From: Eledone cirrhosa
Lineage: Eukaryota
Direction of reading: 5' to 3'
NCBI GenBank assembly: GCA_964016885.1
Contig: OZ024740.1
Location: forward strand, 281,418,001 to 281,482,000
Length of the DNA stretch: 64,000 bases
A program made the position numbers and the translations under genes. Each line of letters begins with the position of its first letter. Position 1 is the first letter of the stretch. Of the stretch, positions 14,055 to 27,499 are shown piece after piece. The notes under the pieces were generated by a model. It was not told where the DNA came from. It saw only the letters and a program-made list of their open reading frames with translations, and did not search any database.

Positions 14055-14513
14055 AGCATGACTCTGATTTTGCGTTTCGTTTCGCTTTTTCTACCCGCCG
14101 AAATGTGATTCTCGCTGAATTTATATTTGTATTAATCTCCCGAGTCTTACAATTAACCTGTTAATAATTCTATTGACAGATTAATTGCATAAGTTTATTT
14201 TAAAAACTACCCGGTTGAAGTGCATATTCGATTTGTGCTATTTATGCAATTTTTTGCATGATTTACACATACTGAATTCATTTGCCAAAATCTGGGGTTT
14301 TCCCCCTTGTGTGTTACACATGTGCTTTTACAAAGCACTACGTCATTCACATAACTGTCGCAGAACAAATTACCTGTTGATAACGTGATATTCCTTGTTC
14401 GATCATTATACCAAAAGCTTATAGTTTTAAGCAGACAGTATTATTGATTTAGGTGTCATAGAAACCCTGTAATTTGATTTTACCATCAACTCCAATGGGT
14501 CCAGGTTTGTTCA

Positions 14514-14573
<60 letters not shown>

Positions 14574-14785
14574 TTTATCATTTATTTTGTCTGACCTGTT
14601 TAGCTTGATTTGTTTTTTGGCTTAGGTGGTTGTCTTCTTGACTGGCTTTTCTGTTTTGTATGGCCTTTATAACATATTTTTAGCTCTGGTTTTTAACTAT
14701 GGAGTGCTTGCCAGCATGACTCTGATTTTGCGTTTCGTTTCGCTTTTTCTACGCCGAAATGCGATTCTCGCTGAATTTATATTTA
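14052..14785 (+). repeat. About 75-bp direct repeat (14052-14130 and 14710-14785) bounded by (TA)n
   Basis: gccagcatgactctgattttgcgtttcgtttcgc... occurs twice. It may be a pLTR-like terminal repeat. Confidence 0.7.
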
Positions 14786-15060
14786 TATATATATATATCA
14801 AAGGTATATATTGAGTTAGAAACTCAAAATAGTCTCTTACAATAAAATAGCTCTAGGAAAGAGATTTTTCCGAGCCGTATATTATAAGTGAATATAAAAG
14901 AAAGATAAACACAGATATATACATATATGTGTTCAAATCGTAAGGGACTAGATTTGCTAAGGTGAAAAAAATATTAACTATAGACAATAGGGTTTGCCAG
15001 ACTCAATTTAAGAATAAATCAAGAAAATAGATAGAAACAGAAATTGTGGTAACTACCAAT

Positions 15061-15139
15061 CACCCAGACATCGCTTGGCTTGTGCTGTTTCTAAAATTAA
15101 TTGTGAAGAGGAATACCGATTCTTGCTCGTCAGTGGGTG
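15061..15139 (-). ncRNA. Type I hammerhead ribozyme
   Basis: Reverse-complement copy of the motif at 15714. Confidence 0.75.
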
Positions 15140-15713
15140 AAGAATTAGTATCCTGGTCACTTCTAAGTATATCAGAAAACTGAATAGTGTCCGTATATAT
15201 AATAACGCACATGGTATCGGATCTTAGCGTGTCTCACAAACTCACACCACTAAAAATAGCAGCCAGGTTTACTCAACATTTAAATTAGCTCAACAAATTA
15301 ATGGAACCGAATATATCAAAGGTATATATTGAGTTAGAAACTCAAAATAGTCTCTTACAATAAAATAGCTCTAGAAAAGAGATTTTTCCGAGCCGTATAT
15401 TATAACTGAATATAAAAGAAATATAAATACAGATATATGCATATGTGTGTTCAAATCGTAAGGGACCAGATTCGCTAAGGTGAGCTATTTTATTGTAAGA
15501 GACTATTTTGAGTTTCTAACTCAATATATACCTTTGATATATTCGGCTCCGCTAGGTTGTTGAGCTAATTTAAATGTCGAATAAACCTGGCTGCTATTTT
15601 TAGTGGTGTGAGTTTGTGAGACACGCTAAGTTCCGATACCATGTGCGTTATTTTATATACGCACATTATTCAGTTTTCTGATATACTTAGAAGTGACCAG
15701 GATACTAATTCTT

Positions 15714-15791
15714 CACCCACTGACGAGCAAGAATCGGTATTCCTCTTCACAATTAATTTACGAAACAGCATAGCCAAACGCTGTCTGGGTG
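15714..15791 (+). ncRNA. Type I hammerhead ribozyme with GUC site
   Basis: caccca-CTGACGA-g..c-GAAA-cagc(loop)gctg-TC-tgggtg. Stem I is a perfect 6 bp and stem III 4 bp; stem II is weak. Confidence 0.85.
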
Positions 15792-16285
15792 ATTGGTAGT
15801 TACCACAATTCCGGTTTGTATCTATTTTCTTGATTTATTCTTAAATTGAGTCTGGCAAACCCTATTGTCCATAGTTAGTATTGTTTCACCTTAGCGAATC
15901 TGGTCCCTTACGATTTGAACACATATATGTATATATCTGTGTTTATCTTTCTTTTATATTCAATTATTATATATATATATATATATATAGAAAATTTAGA
16001 GGGTAAATGTCCCGTATTCTCAGTATTGAAGGGTGGATTATACCACGTGATTTTAATTTTCTTTTAAATTTCCCACATGGGTAAGTACTTACATTGTTTA
16101 ATCTATGTATAACGTTGTTGTTTCTAGCATCATGATTATTATCTATTGAGGTATTAGTAGGTAGGCGTGGTTTATTGTTACTGCAATTGGTGTTCTGACA
16201 TCGAGTCAAAGGTATACTATTTTGAGTATTATTACTGTTGCTAAGTCTAAGTATTCTACGGGTGTTACATCATCATTATCTGGGG

Positions 16286-16455
16286 CAGGCAGGTCAAACT
16301 GAGTGTCCCTCGAGGGGCACTTGGGTCACAAATGTGTTGTCTGAGGGCCACACACGACAATTGATTGCGCACATTACAACTAATTTTACGAAGAGCAAAC
16401 ATGCTTGTCCGGGCCGCAGGTCTACTTCTAATGTGCTAGATGTTTGACATAACCG
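16286..16455. mobile_element. hAT (Charlie-like) MITE
   Basis: TIRs caggcaggtcaaac / gtttgacataaccg and 8-bp TSD atctgggg/atctaggg. Homologous to 37178-37352. Confidence 0.7.
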
Positions 16456-16536
16456 ATCTAGGGTATTAGTTGTGTCTATATAATGGGATTGTATAGGCTA
16501 CTCTATCCATGAAGTAAGGAAACCGAAAACGATATC

Positions 16537-16597
<61 letters not shown>

Positions 16598-16638
16598 TTC
16601 AAAATATTAACAAAAATAGACATTCGTGTGATCAAGTA

Positions 16639-16706
16639 TATTTTATTATACATATTTAAGAGGTACTGAGCTATCTTCAACAGTACGTCCTCATCAGATA
16701 AAATAA
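16639..16706 (-). ncRNA. Hammerhead motif family B with G12 changed to U
   Basis: Mirror of the motif at 19591. Confidence 0.55.
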
Positions 16707-17807
16707 GATGATGCATGACATATCCTGACTAAGTAGATGATTAAGATTCAGTCATGGCAGTGAATAAGATATGACAAAACTCAATATTTATATACCTTAA
16801 GATTGAGACATGAAAAAATTACATATAATACAGAGGGTGCATGTGAGAAAGCTTATAAAAGTACATAATAATAACCAACTACTAATATAATAGAAATTTA
16901 CATAACTGTTAGAGATTCAAATAATTTAAATTATTGAAGAAAGAAGAAAGACAGAGAGAGAAACAGATGAGGAAAAAGATAGTTATTAGAAATATAGAAA
17001 TATCTTATGCACGAAAGCAAAAGAGAATTGATTAAGGCTAGAGAGACAAGGAAGAATAATCTTTATAGTATAAAGCATAGGAGGGAGATTTGTATTGTCC
17101 TGGATAAATAGCGTATAATTAGATGATGCAATATATATATATAAATAAATAAATAAATAAATATACATTTGGGCATAGATTTGTGAATGAATAATTTCGA
17201 ATCGTTGAATTATCTAGAAATAATAAATCAATCAAAATATCAAATATATCTGAGTGTAGTTATATGAGGGTTTAATTTCGAGTCATTAAGTTAATTAGAA
17301 ATGGACTATTAATCAATTATATATATCCAAACGTATCCGGATGACCGTTAAATTTAGAATCATTTATGTTAATTCAAAATAGTGAATTAATCGAAAGGTA
17401 TAATATTTCAGGCTATAAAAATGTATAAGTATTTATATTATAGTATAATATCATATTTAAAGTATTTGCAAACATGAGAAAGAAGAGACTTAATATTTTC
17501 TTCATCCCGAAGGTAATCCATATTAAATTATATTAAAAAAATGTACATTTAATTTTGTCGGGAATTTTTTTTATTTTTTAAATATATAGCTTATATGGTT
17601 AACAGTTATAAGGAACCGTAGACCATTCATTTATTTATTTGGAATATGTTGTTTTTAAGATTCAAGATGTTTGATTTATATTTATGGTATGTGTCGTACA
17701 CGATCCTAGTCGACACATTTTTTTCACTTTCCACTTAACTTGATGTATAACTTCAATTATAACATTATTAACAGTAATTGTATTTATTATTTATTATATG
17801 CATATAA

Positions 17808-17997
17808 ACGGCGGTGGATTGGCAGTATCGGTAGAGGGTCGGATGCCATGCTTCAACGCATAGAGTTACGGCCCTTGCCATTCTGAGTTCAAATTCCGCC
17901 GGGGTTTACTTTGCCTTTCATCCTTACGGGGTCGATAAAATAAAGTACCCGTAATGCACTGGGTAATTGCTGGCCTTGTGCCAAAAGTAGAAACAAT
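17808..17997 (+). mobile_element. tRNA-derived SINE with Meta-domain-like core
   Basis: A/B-box-like head (tggcagtatcggtag..gagttcaaattcc) followed by cctttcatccttacggggtcgataaaataaagtacc. It is absent from the duplicated spacer copy. Confidence 0.8.
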
Positions 17998-19590
17998 TAT
18001 ATGTATATAAATCACTAATATCGTCTTAAGTTTTAAACAGAATACTCTGTATGTATTTAGACAAATGTGTATATCTAGTTTAATAACACCCTTTTAGGTA
18101 CATTTATAAGTGCCTTAGATACTTAAGGACATTCTAGTGTTATAATTGTTAAATATTTTCTAAATTATATAATGATTATTTTTTAATTTAAAATTTTTTT
18201 AATATAATTAAATTTGGGTTACCTTCGGGTTGATGAAAATCTTAAGTCTTTTCTTTCTCATGTTTGCAGACACTTTAACTATGATATTATACTATAATAT
18301 AGATCCTTAAAAATTTTCTTGTATTTTTAAATTATATAGCTTAGATATTTGACACTTAAAGGATCGCAAACCATTTATTTATTTATTTTGAAGCTGTCTT
18401 TTCTTTTATGATTCATGAAGTTTGATTTGTATATTTATAGTATATATGTATTACATGATCCTAATATAGTAATTGACGTAAAACCTTACTTTTAACAATA
18501 TTAACAGTAACTTATTTATTATATTATATTATATTATATATAACTGACTAATATCGTCTTAAACTTTAAACAATATACTCTTTGCATAAATTTAGACAAA
18601 TGCGTATATCTAGTTTAATAATATCCTCTATATTTATAAGGCCTTTGGATACTTTAGGGCATTCTAATTGTTAATTTTAAATTTTTAAAGTTATAATTGT
18701 AATTACTTTCTCAATTATATAATGATTATTTTTTAATATAAAATCTCTTTAATATAAATTTTTTTAATATAATTTAATATGGATTACCTTCGGGATGAAG
18801 AAAATATTAAGTCTCTTCTTTCTCATGTTTGCAAATACTTTAAATATGATATTATACTATAATATAAATACTTATACATTTTTATAGCCCGAAATATTAT
18901 ACCTTTAGATTAATTCACTATTTTGAACTAACATAAATGATTCTAAATTTAACGGTCATCCGGATACGTTTGGATATATATAATTGATTAATAGTCCATT
19001 TCTAATTAACTTAATGACTCGAAATTAAACCCTCATATAACTACACTCAGATATATTTGATATTTTGATTGATTGATTATTTCTAGATAATTCAACGATT
19101 CGAAATTATTCATTCACAAAGCTATGCCCAAATGTATATTTATTTATTTATATATATATATATATTGCATCATCTAATTATATGCTATTTATCCACGACA
19201 ATACAAATCTCCCTCCTATGCTTTATACAATAAAGATTATTCTTCCTTGTCTCTCTAGCCTTAATCAATTCTCTTTTGCTTTCGTGCATAAGATATTTCT
19301 ATATTTCTAGTAACTATCTTTTTCCTCATCTGTTTCTTTCTCTGTCTTTCTTCTTTCTTCAATAATTTAAATTATTTGAATCTCTAACAGTTATGTAAAT
19401 TTCTATTATATTAGTAGTTGGTTATTATTATGTATTTTTATAAGCTTTCTCACACGCACCCTCTGTATTATATGTAATTTTTTCATATCTCAGTCTTAAG
19501 GTATATAAATATTGAGTTTTGTCATAACTTATTCACTGTCCTGACTGAATCTTAATCATCTACTTAGTCAGGATATGTCAGGCATCATCT

Positions 19591-19657
19591 TATTTTATCT
19601 GATGAGGACGTACTGTTGAAGATAGCTCAGTACCTCTTAAATATGTATAATAAAATA
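19591..19657 (+). ncRNA. Hammerhead motif family B with G12 changed to U
   Basis: tattttat-CTGATGA-ggacgtactg..cagtacctct-TAAA-tatgta-TA-ataaaata. Confidence 0.55.
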
Positions 19658-19793
19658 TACTTGATCACACGAATGTCTATTTTTGTTAATATTTTGAATT
19701 AATATTAATAACTCCGGAAAACCATTGCTGTGGAGTGCTTCCAATCTATTGTAAAACTTTATTCTTTGATTTATTCATTGAACCTTGTTTAAC

Positions 19794-19849
<56 letters not shown>

Positions 19850-19850
<1 letters not shown>

Positions 19851-22800
19851 GAAAGTAAAACAAAGAAGCCTTCAATACATCAAAAGTCTTTATTAGCCAA
19901 CAATGTTTCGTCCTATTAAGGGCTCATCAGGGCAATTAAAACAACAAGAAGTATTATCGGCCAATACAAGCCGGAAACTCCGAAGAATATGGAGTGTACA
20001 TACACTAAAGTATTGCAAGATTATGGGTAAAAATATATAATAAAAATAACTAAGGAGGTGTATAACATTTAGAACCATATTACAAATATAGTCCAAAGCA
20101 AAAAAAAGCCTAGAGCTAAACAAAGGTGGTTATATAGAGCAGGAATTATATATAATACAATATAATATAATATAATATAACTTTACCAATATTAAAATTA
20201 AAATTACAATAAAAATCAAAAGGTACAATATACATATGTATATATGTACGCACACGTACGCACACATACACATACATTTTATACACATATCCATCTTCAA
20301 CAGCACAAATTAAACCTTATTAAGAGTTTAAATATAAATAAGCATGATAGGAATAAAAATAATAATAATAATAATAATACAAATCCCGAATATACATGAG
20401 GTAATAATATGATATTATTATAAGTAGCACGTATAATATATAATAAACTATACAATTATATACTATATAATATAATATAATAGAATAGATAATCTCCGGT
20501 TAATTTACACAAACAATATAGATGTCACAATAATACTATAATAATAATATTATAATAACATATATAATATACAATATATAATGGCATTCAAGTTAACAAA
20601 TCAATTCATATAGAGTTACAGAGTAGGTGAGGAAAAATAAATTGTACAATACCCAAAATTATGATGGTACAAAAATATAAACATCTTACATGATATATAA
20701 AGTTTAACATATCACAATGTTACATATAAACAACGGTAAGTAATAAGGATCGATAGTACAATAACAAATACAATATAAAATAATTAACATAATATAATAT
20801 ATAATTACTTATAATTACAAGGTTGGTAAACAGACATATATGTGGATGAGTGAGTAAGGGCCAGACAGTAAATAGAATGCACAGTAGTATTACAAATAAA
20901 ATAAAATAAATAAATAGAATCAACCGGAAATTAAAAAACAAAAACAAAAGTATACATTTAGGTCTCACATGCCGTTAAGTAAAAACTTAGGAAATAACCC
21001 CGGTAAATGGCTCGAAAACCCTATTTGATGAATTAATATTAAAAATATTTAAAATATCCGATAAGGCAATACAATATTAGCTATGGTTTAAGTAATCAAA
21101 GTTTATAAACGTTAATATTTCATTACAAATATTTACAAAAAGGAATGAAATTTTCTACTATCATATACATAACGATATCTAAAAAACTGACTTAAGCAGA
21201 ATTATGGTAGGCTAATAGGGACAGAAATAAAAAAATATATGGAGGATACAAAGGGGCATAAAGTCATAGTCAATATACTATATTAAATAATAGAAAGGAG
21301 CGTAAAAGAGGGGAGATTAAATATAATGATAATCTATTTGGAGGGGTTGACAATAAGTTTATGTGCGCATGGGGTGGAAGTGGGGGGGGGTATCCAAAGA
21401 AGAATCCAAATAAAAATAAAATAAAATAAAATAAAATGAAATAAAATAAAATATATGTAAAATATATAATCAGATATATACTCATAAGGTGTTGATAGTG
21501 AAACTTTAATGCGTAAGAAGATAGATATGGTATAGTAGCCAAAAGATTATGAGAGCTAGAATAAAGAGTTGTCAAAAACCAATAATAATAATGATGATAA
21601 TAATGGTGGTAAACAAAAAGAACCTAAACTAAAAAATAAGTAATGGAATGTATCAGCTATTGCATACAATTTATACTACTAGAACCTTTAGGTTTATAAT
21701 AAAAGTAAGAATTGGAAATAGCGTGGGGGCAAGAAGAGAATATCTCAGACTTTCTATTAAGTAAGGATTCGCTAGAGAAAATTATAGAGTGTGTCTCGAG
21801 GATACAGAGATTACAAAATTTAGTATGTGTAGAAAGGTTATTAGAGCGTGCTACTAAACGCCAGTTAAGACTATATGGTATATTATCCCCCTTAAGATCC
21901 CAGATATAATGTGCTAAAGAAGTAGAATTCTTAAACTTAACATGTTTGAAATTAGAGATATGAGAATTAAACCTAGTCTTAAAAGTGTTAGATGTAGAGC
22001 CTATATAAGTTCTATTAGAGGAATTAGTTATAACTACGCAAGCATAGACAATGTTCTTAGAGAGGCAGTTACCGTTTAAAGGGCAGTTAGCACTCGCTCT
22101 ACAGTTACACTTCCGGGTGCTATTGGTTGGCTGAAGTGGTGATGCATTACACGTAGGATTGCTATTAGATAAGGTCTGTTCTGGTGGTAAGGCATTTCCA
22201 GATCTGTTCAGACTAGTAGTATGTAGAGAGGAGAATCCATCCCTAATTTTCCAATTGTTAGTGCTAGCTAAATGAGAACTAATATTAGGGGTGGTAAAGA
22301 ATGAAAGTTTAATAACATTTTTATTAAAAATACTATGGTATTTATGAGAAGGGGGACATTTTTCTCTAAGATAGAAAAGAAAGACCTAGGGATATTAGTT
22401 AATACTTCCTGATTATATGGCGGGTTAAAATAAGTATTTAGTCTCCTTCTATTTTTATTCTTACCGACTCTACCATTATCTAATATCCCACCATCAAGAC
22501 TAGGGTTACTACAAGGATTAGTTAAAAACTGCATTATTAGAATCAGCCAAAATTCCATTAAGTCTATTACTGTTTGTACCTCCAGTAGATCTGCTGCTGT
22601 CTGGAATCCCATCAAAAGGATTAGGGCCAATAATAGGATCAGTAGAAGCAACATTATTAGAATAAGATCTAGCAAAATTATCACCAATGAGTGAGCGCTC
22701 AGAGGGTTCGACTTGTTTCCTAGAGGTATTATATTCACTATTACGAGTCCTGTGGGTTAACTTATGGATGGGTTCAGATACACCTATGTAATATTTACGG

Positions 22801-22980
22801 TTATTATACTTCCTACTCCCATTCATGGCCATGTTATGTGATATTATGTTATTATTATTAAAAGCAAGCGGAGACTTTCTAAGGTTACTATTATTATAAT
22901 GTATTTTACTAGTGTAACCGGAATTTGCTAGGGCATTATTATAGTACTCCGCATGTTCATTAAATGTTCCTACGTCCTTA
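19850..22980 (-). mobile_element. Penelope-like element 3' half (linker, GIY-YIG, long 3' UTR, terminal HHR)
   Basis: Minus-strand reading gives YFNPPYNQEVLTNIP, CNCRASANCPLNGNCL, YIGSTSNTFKTRFNSH and FCNLC. Confidence 0.82.
19891..19938 (-). ncRNA. Minimal hammerhead ribozyme
   Basis: Reverse complement: gcc-CTGATGA-gccct(taat)aggac-GAAA-cattg-TT-ggc. Confidence 0.7.
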
Positions 22981-24582
22981 GATATATATATATATTATTT
23001 GCCGTATTAGTTGATGAAGTATTATGTTTAGAACGGTAGTTAGGCATATGAGTGGTATCATTTACTAATTTAGAACCCACACATGTTATATTGTGAGTGT
23101 TTTTGTTGTTGAGCATATGGAATTGTAGTGTTATTATATGTATGCTGCGTTAGAAATTTTAAGGATTTTACTAACGAAAGTGTTCAGATTTTCCGTGCTA
23201 TCGTTATCCAGAGAGCAAAAGCCATTCATGTTATTAACACTATTAATTGTGTTAGGAGAAAGAATCCTATAGTTTGTAATATCCAAGGAAGAAAGGTTAC
23301 TATTAACGTTATAATAAGTAACAGGAACGTCTATATTACTGGTTCTTGGAATATACTTCAGTTTCACCTTGTATCAACTTCTATTTCATGGATTTGTTGC
23401 ACCATGGCTTCTTCCTGAAAATTTCTTCGGAAGCTGATAGCCTGGGCATCCTAAGGGAAATGTTAACAAGCCCATCAATTATAGAGCCTTCGAAACAGTT
23501 CTTACTCTATTTCATAATACTTCATATACATTTTAAAAACATTGATACACATGCAAGCACGCACCCATAGCACACACACACAGATATATATGTATATATA
23601 TATACACACACACTCACAAACATTTATGTATATATATACACTCACAAACACACACATCTCTCTATATATATATATCTGTGTTATGTGTATGTATGTATGT
23701 ATGTATGTATGTATGTATGTATGTATGTATGTATGTATGTATGTGTGTGTGTGTGTGCGTGTGTGTGTGTATGTATATATCTATGTATCACTTTTTTATT
23801 GTGTTTTGGTTTTGATATGGACACTATTTTTCCTGTTATTAATTTTGTCGCTCACTCTTTTAAGTTTTGAAATAGACTGGTTCTCTACGCACTCGGCTGA
23901 CACATTTCAGCTCGCTACTATATTGCTCTATAATGGATAATCGAATTTAAAGTCCGTTAAATGTTCTTGGCACACCATTGTTACCATTGCTTTCCTCTAG
24001 CCATGGCGCTGGGAGACATGAGCCGAATGCTACCATTATATTATATAATCAATGTGAACTGCTATTTCTAATAGTCATCTTTTCACCTCTTTGTAATTTG
24101 TGTGTGAGACACGTTAGCCGAATTCTTATGACGGGAACGAAAAGATTGATTCTTTTAGCTTCCCGCCGCCACGTAAAATTTGTAAATCGGTGGCTAGTTG
24201 AGAGATAGAATCTTATCGGGTGCCAGTTACTAATCGCTTTACCGTGTCAGTCGTCACAAACAGTCATGACCGGCATGGGCTGGTGTTCAGATTCTGTCGA
24301 TCGATTGATTATTGATTAGGCGATACCCACTTATGAAGCCGCATAAACCGATTGTGCATTGTTGCATAATATATGCAGACGGATGGTGCAGTGCACCTTA
24401 CTGCGGCATTAGTGCGGCAGAAACTCGAGTCCGTGAACCATTATAGGCACCCGTTTTACGTGTGCTGTGTTGAAGCAAATAACTATGTGTATACTCTGGT
24501 AATGTATCTTACATTGTACATGGAGTACGCTGAAATACAATCGGTACTGTCATTGATAAATATGCTGGGACCGTCAACTCCT

Positions 24583-24641
<59 letters not shown>

Positions 24642-25452
24642 TACGTCGACGCATATACAAATTATATACAACCTCATAAAAAGACATACCTACATATATT
24701 CTTATACATACGTGCCAAACGCCAACACACTTATACTAAACACATAAATACGCCATACAGAACTTACGCACACACATACGTGGATATAATATGCAAATAT
24801 ATTATTTACAAACACATACGCTATACATATGTACACAAGCGCATCTGTTCACTGCTCTAATAACTACAAAAAGGCGCACATGCACACCCACTCACACTTA
24901 TAATGACGCTTACGCTCACAGAAATTCTCTTCTCCCTCTACCATCGTCAACTATCAAAAGACCAATTTGTTCGTCTCTAAATTCTTTTTCTACCTTCTTG
25001 ACAATATATGCTTAAATTATTACCATTGATTTGCGTTAAAATGTCAATTCTGATCAGGTGTAAAATATGTTTTCTCACATCAGCTCTAAATATACATAAA
25101 TCACACATATATACTTATACAAAATGAAACAATTGAACACACATAACATAACTTCCTGTCGAGTTATTTTTTTTTTTTTTTACATAAAACAACATTTGCC
25201 CCCACACTTGTTCGCAGCTGAACATCTTACTCACATATACAAATACAAATATTACAAGATTTAAATTAAACACACACAAACACATAACACAAGATAAATG
25301 CACATATGTATACTTCCATAGCATGGAAATCTAAATTTATTATATGACATACGTATAGAAACAAATATATCATTTCACAAAACACATAAATACAATTATT
25401 TACCAAACACACACAGAAACATATAGAAATATGCACCGACACCATATATATA

Positions 25453-25760
25453 GGCGCAAGGCTTAGTGGTTAGAGCATCGGGTTTACAATATTGGGGTTC
25501 TGAGTTCGATTCTAAGACCGGGATTGCGTTGTATTCTTGAGCAAGACACTTTATTTCACGTTCTTCCGGTTCACTCAGCTGTAGAAATGAGTTGCGACGT
25601 CATTGGTTCAAAGCTATGCCGGCCTTTGCTTTTTCCTCGGACAACATCGGTGGCATGCAAAGGGGAGACTCGTATGCATGGGAGACTACTGGCTTTTCAC
25701 AAACACCCTTGCCCGGAATTGTGTCTCGGTGGTGAACTTTCTAGGTGCAAATACTCTGAT
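25453..25760 (+). mobile_element. tRNA-derived SINE with CORE-like domain
   Basis: ggcttagtggttagagc..gagttcgattc head, then cttgagcaagacactttatttc. Confidence 0.75.
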
Positions 25761-25782
25761 CATATATACATACATACATACG

Positions 25783-25846
<64 letters not shown>

Positions 25847-26104
25847 CATATGATAAAATTAGTCCTTCGTCAGTGATTTGCCAACCATCATTGATATTTC
25901 ATCGCATTAAATATCATATACCTCAGGTTGGTGTGAGCAATAACTAAAAAAAGCTATTGGGACAAGTACATCGAAGTACATCGCGTAAAGCGAGTGAGAC
26001 AAGTAAACAACATAGAAGGAAGAAAGCAACGCAAAGATGGGAATAAACAAGCAACATGTGCAACCACGCAGTATTCTTCTTTCTTCTCATGTTTTTTATG
26101 TATA

Positions 26105-26190
<86 letters not shown>

Positions 26191-26221
26191 GAAGCGAGCT
26201 GTGTGGTTACTGTAAACAAAT

Positions 26222-26382
26222 TGTAAGATAGTAATATGGATGTAAACAATAGAAGAAACCCTTCATCAGCTGTTAACTGCGATCATAGATGTTTTGGCGC
26301 TTAAAACAGCGCGCCGAAACATCTATGATCGCAGCTGATGAAGGGTTTCTTCTCTTGTTTACGTCCATATTACTATCTTACA
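26222..26382. repeat. Fold-back hairpin, about 75-bp arms, between (TA)n tracts
   Basis: 26222-26300 is reverse complementary to 26311-26382. Confidence 0.9.
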
Positions 26383-26558
26383 CTATATATATATATATAT
26401 ATATATCCCATGTACGTCAATACTCATCTTTTTCTATTTCTCCGAGGGTTCTTAACCCCACTATCAGGCTAAATATTTTTTTTTATTTCTTTAGTCAAAA
26501 TACGGCGATAGCTTATATTTATAATTTCAAACTCGCTTGCTGTTTCGAAAATATTCTT

Positions 26559-26642
<84 letters not shown>

Positions 26643-26645
<3 letters not shown>

Positions 26646-27020
26646 GTTTCTACTTTTGGCACAAGGCCAAATATTACCCCAGTGTATTACTGCTACTTTA
26701 TTTTATGGACCCCGTAAGTTAACCTCGGCGGGATTTGAACTCAGACTGGCAAGGGCCGTAACTCAATGCGTCAAAGCAGCGCGTCCGACCCTCTACCGAT
26801 ACTGCCAATCCACCGCCCTTAATATATATATATATATATAATTGTTTCTACTTTCGGCACAAGGCCAGCAATTACCCAGTACATTAGTGGTACTTTATTT
26901 TATCGACGTAGTAAGGATGAAAGGCAAAGTTAACTTTGGCGGGATTTGAACTCAGATTGTAATGGGACGTAACTATGCTGGAAAGCATGTCCAACCCTCT
27001 ACCAATTCTGCCAATCCACC
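26643..27020 (-). mobile_element. Two tandem SINEs of the 17808 family (26643-26820, 26840-27020)
   Basis: Reverse-complement match to 17808-17997. Confidence 0.8.
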
Positions 27021-27499
27021 AATGACTTCAAATCATTAAAAAGTCACAACAATGAAAAACAAGAATTAAAACGTAGTGTTTTATCCAATTAAACTGGATA
27101 AGACTGGCTGCACAATCATCAGCAAATATTTATAAGATCTGTTTTGGTTTGGTGAACGGTCTCAGATTGAAAAGCATAAATTTTAGTTGAAATCATTCTA
27201 AATGTTGAAGGAACAATCATGGATGATAGATTATAGAGTATATTTTTCATTTACTCTCTTCCGTGTAACATTTCAGACATTGAAAGATAGAAACCATACA
27301 TATGGCTGAAACGCGTTGATTAAAAGTCGAACTACCATAATTGATGCGAAAACCTTAGTAGAGCCTTTCCGTTCAAGGTCTGTGACGAAACTGGCAAAGC
27401 GAGCGTCAGTTAACAAGAATCCAACCCAAAAGTCTAACGAATAATATCTAGCGTTCATATTGCTATACTTTTTCTTCCTCTTTCTTTTTTCCCTCATAG

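Larger units (their letters stand above)
14797..15965. mobile_element. Non-coding HHR element: 1.3 tandem monomers (518-bp period) plus an inverted copy
   Basis: 14797-14965 repeats at 15315-15483. 15482-15965 is the reverse complement of about 14890-15371. Confidence 0.85.
16593..19703. repeat. About 950-bp inverted repeat (16593-17540 / 18760-19703) with an internally duplicated spacer; non-coding PLE-type element
   Basis: The arms are near-identical reverse complements. In the spacer, 17570-18300 resembles 18325-18860. Confidence 0.92.

Noticed and set aside
25453-25525. tRNA gene
   Set aside because: The cloverleaf is incomplete and the sequence continues into a SINE body.
27270-27325. 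GAAACGCGTT HHR-like half site
   Set aside because: No convincing CUGANGA or stem I was found upstream.
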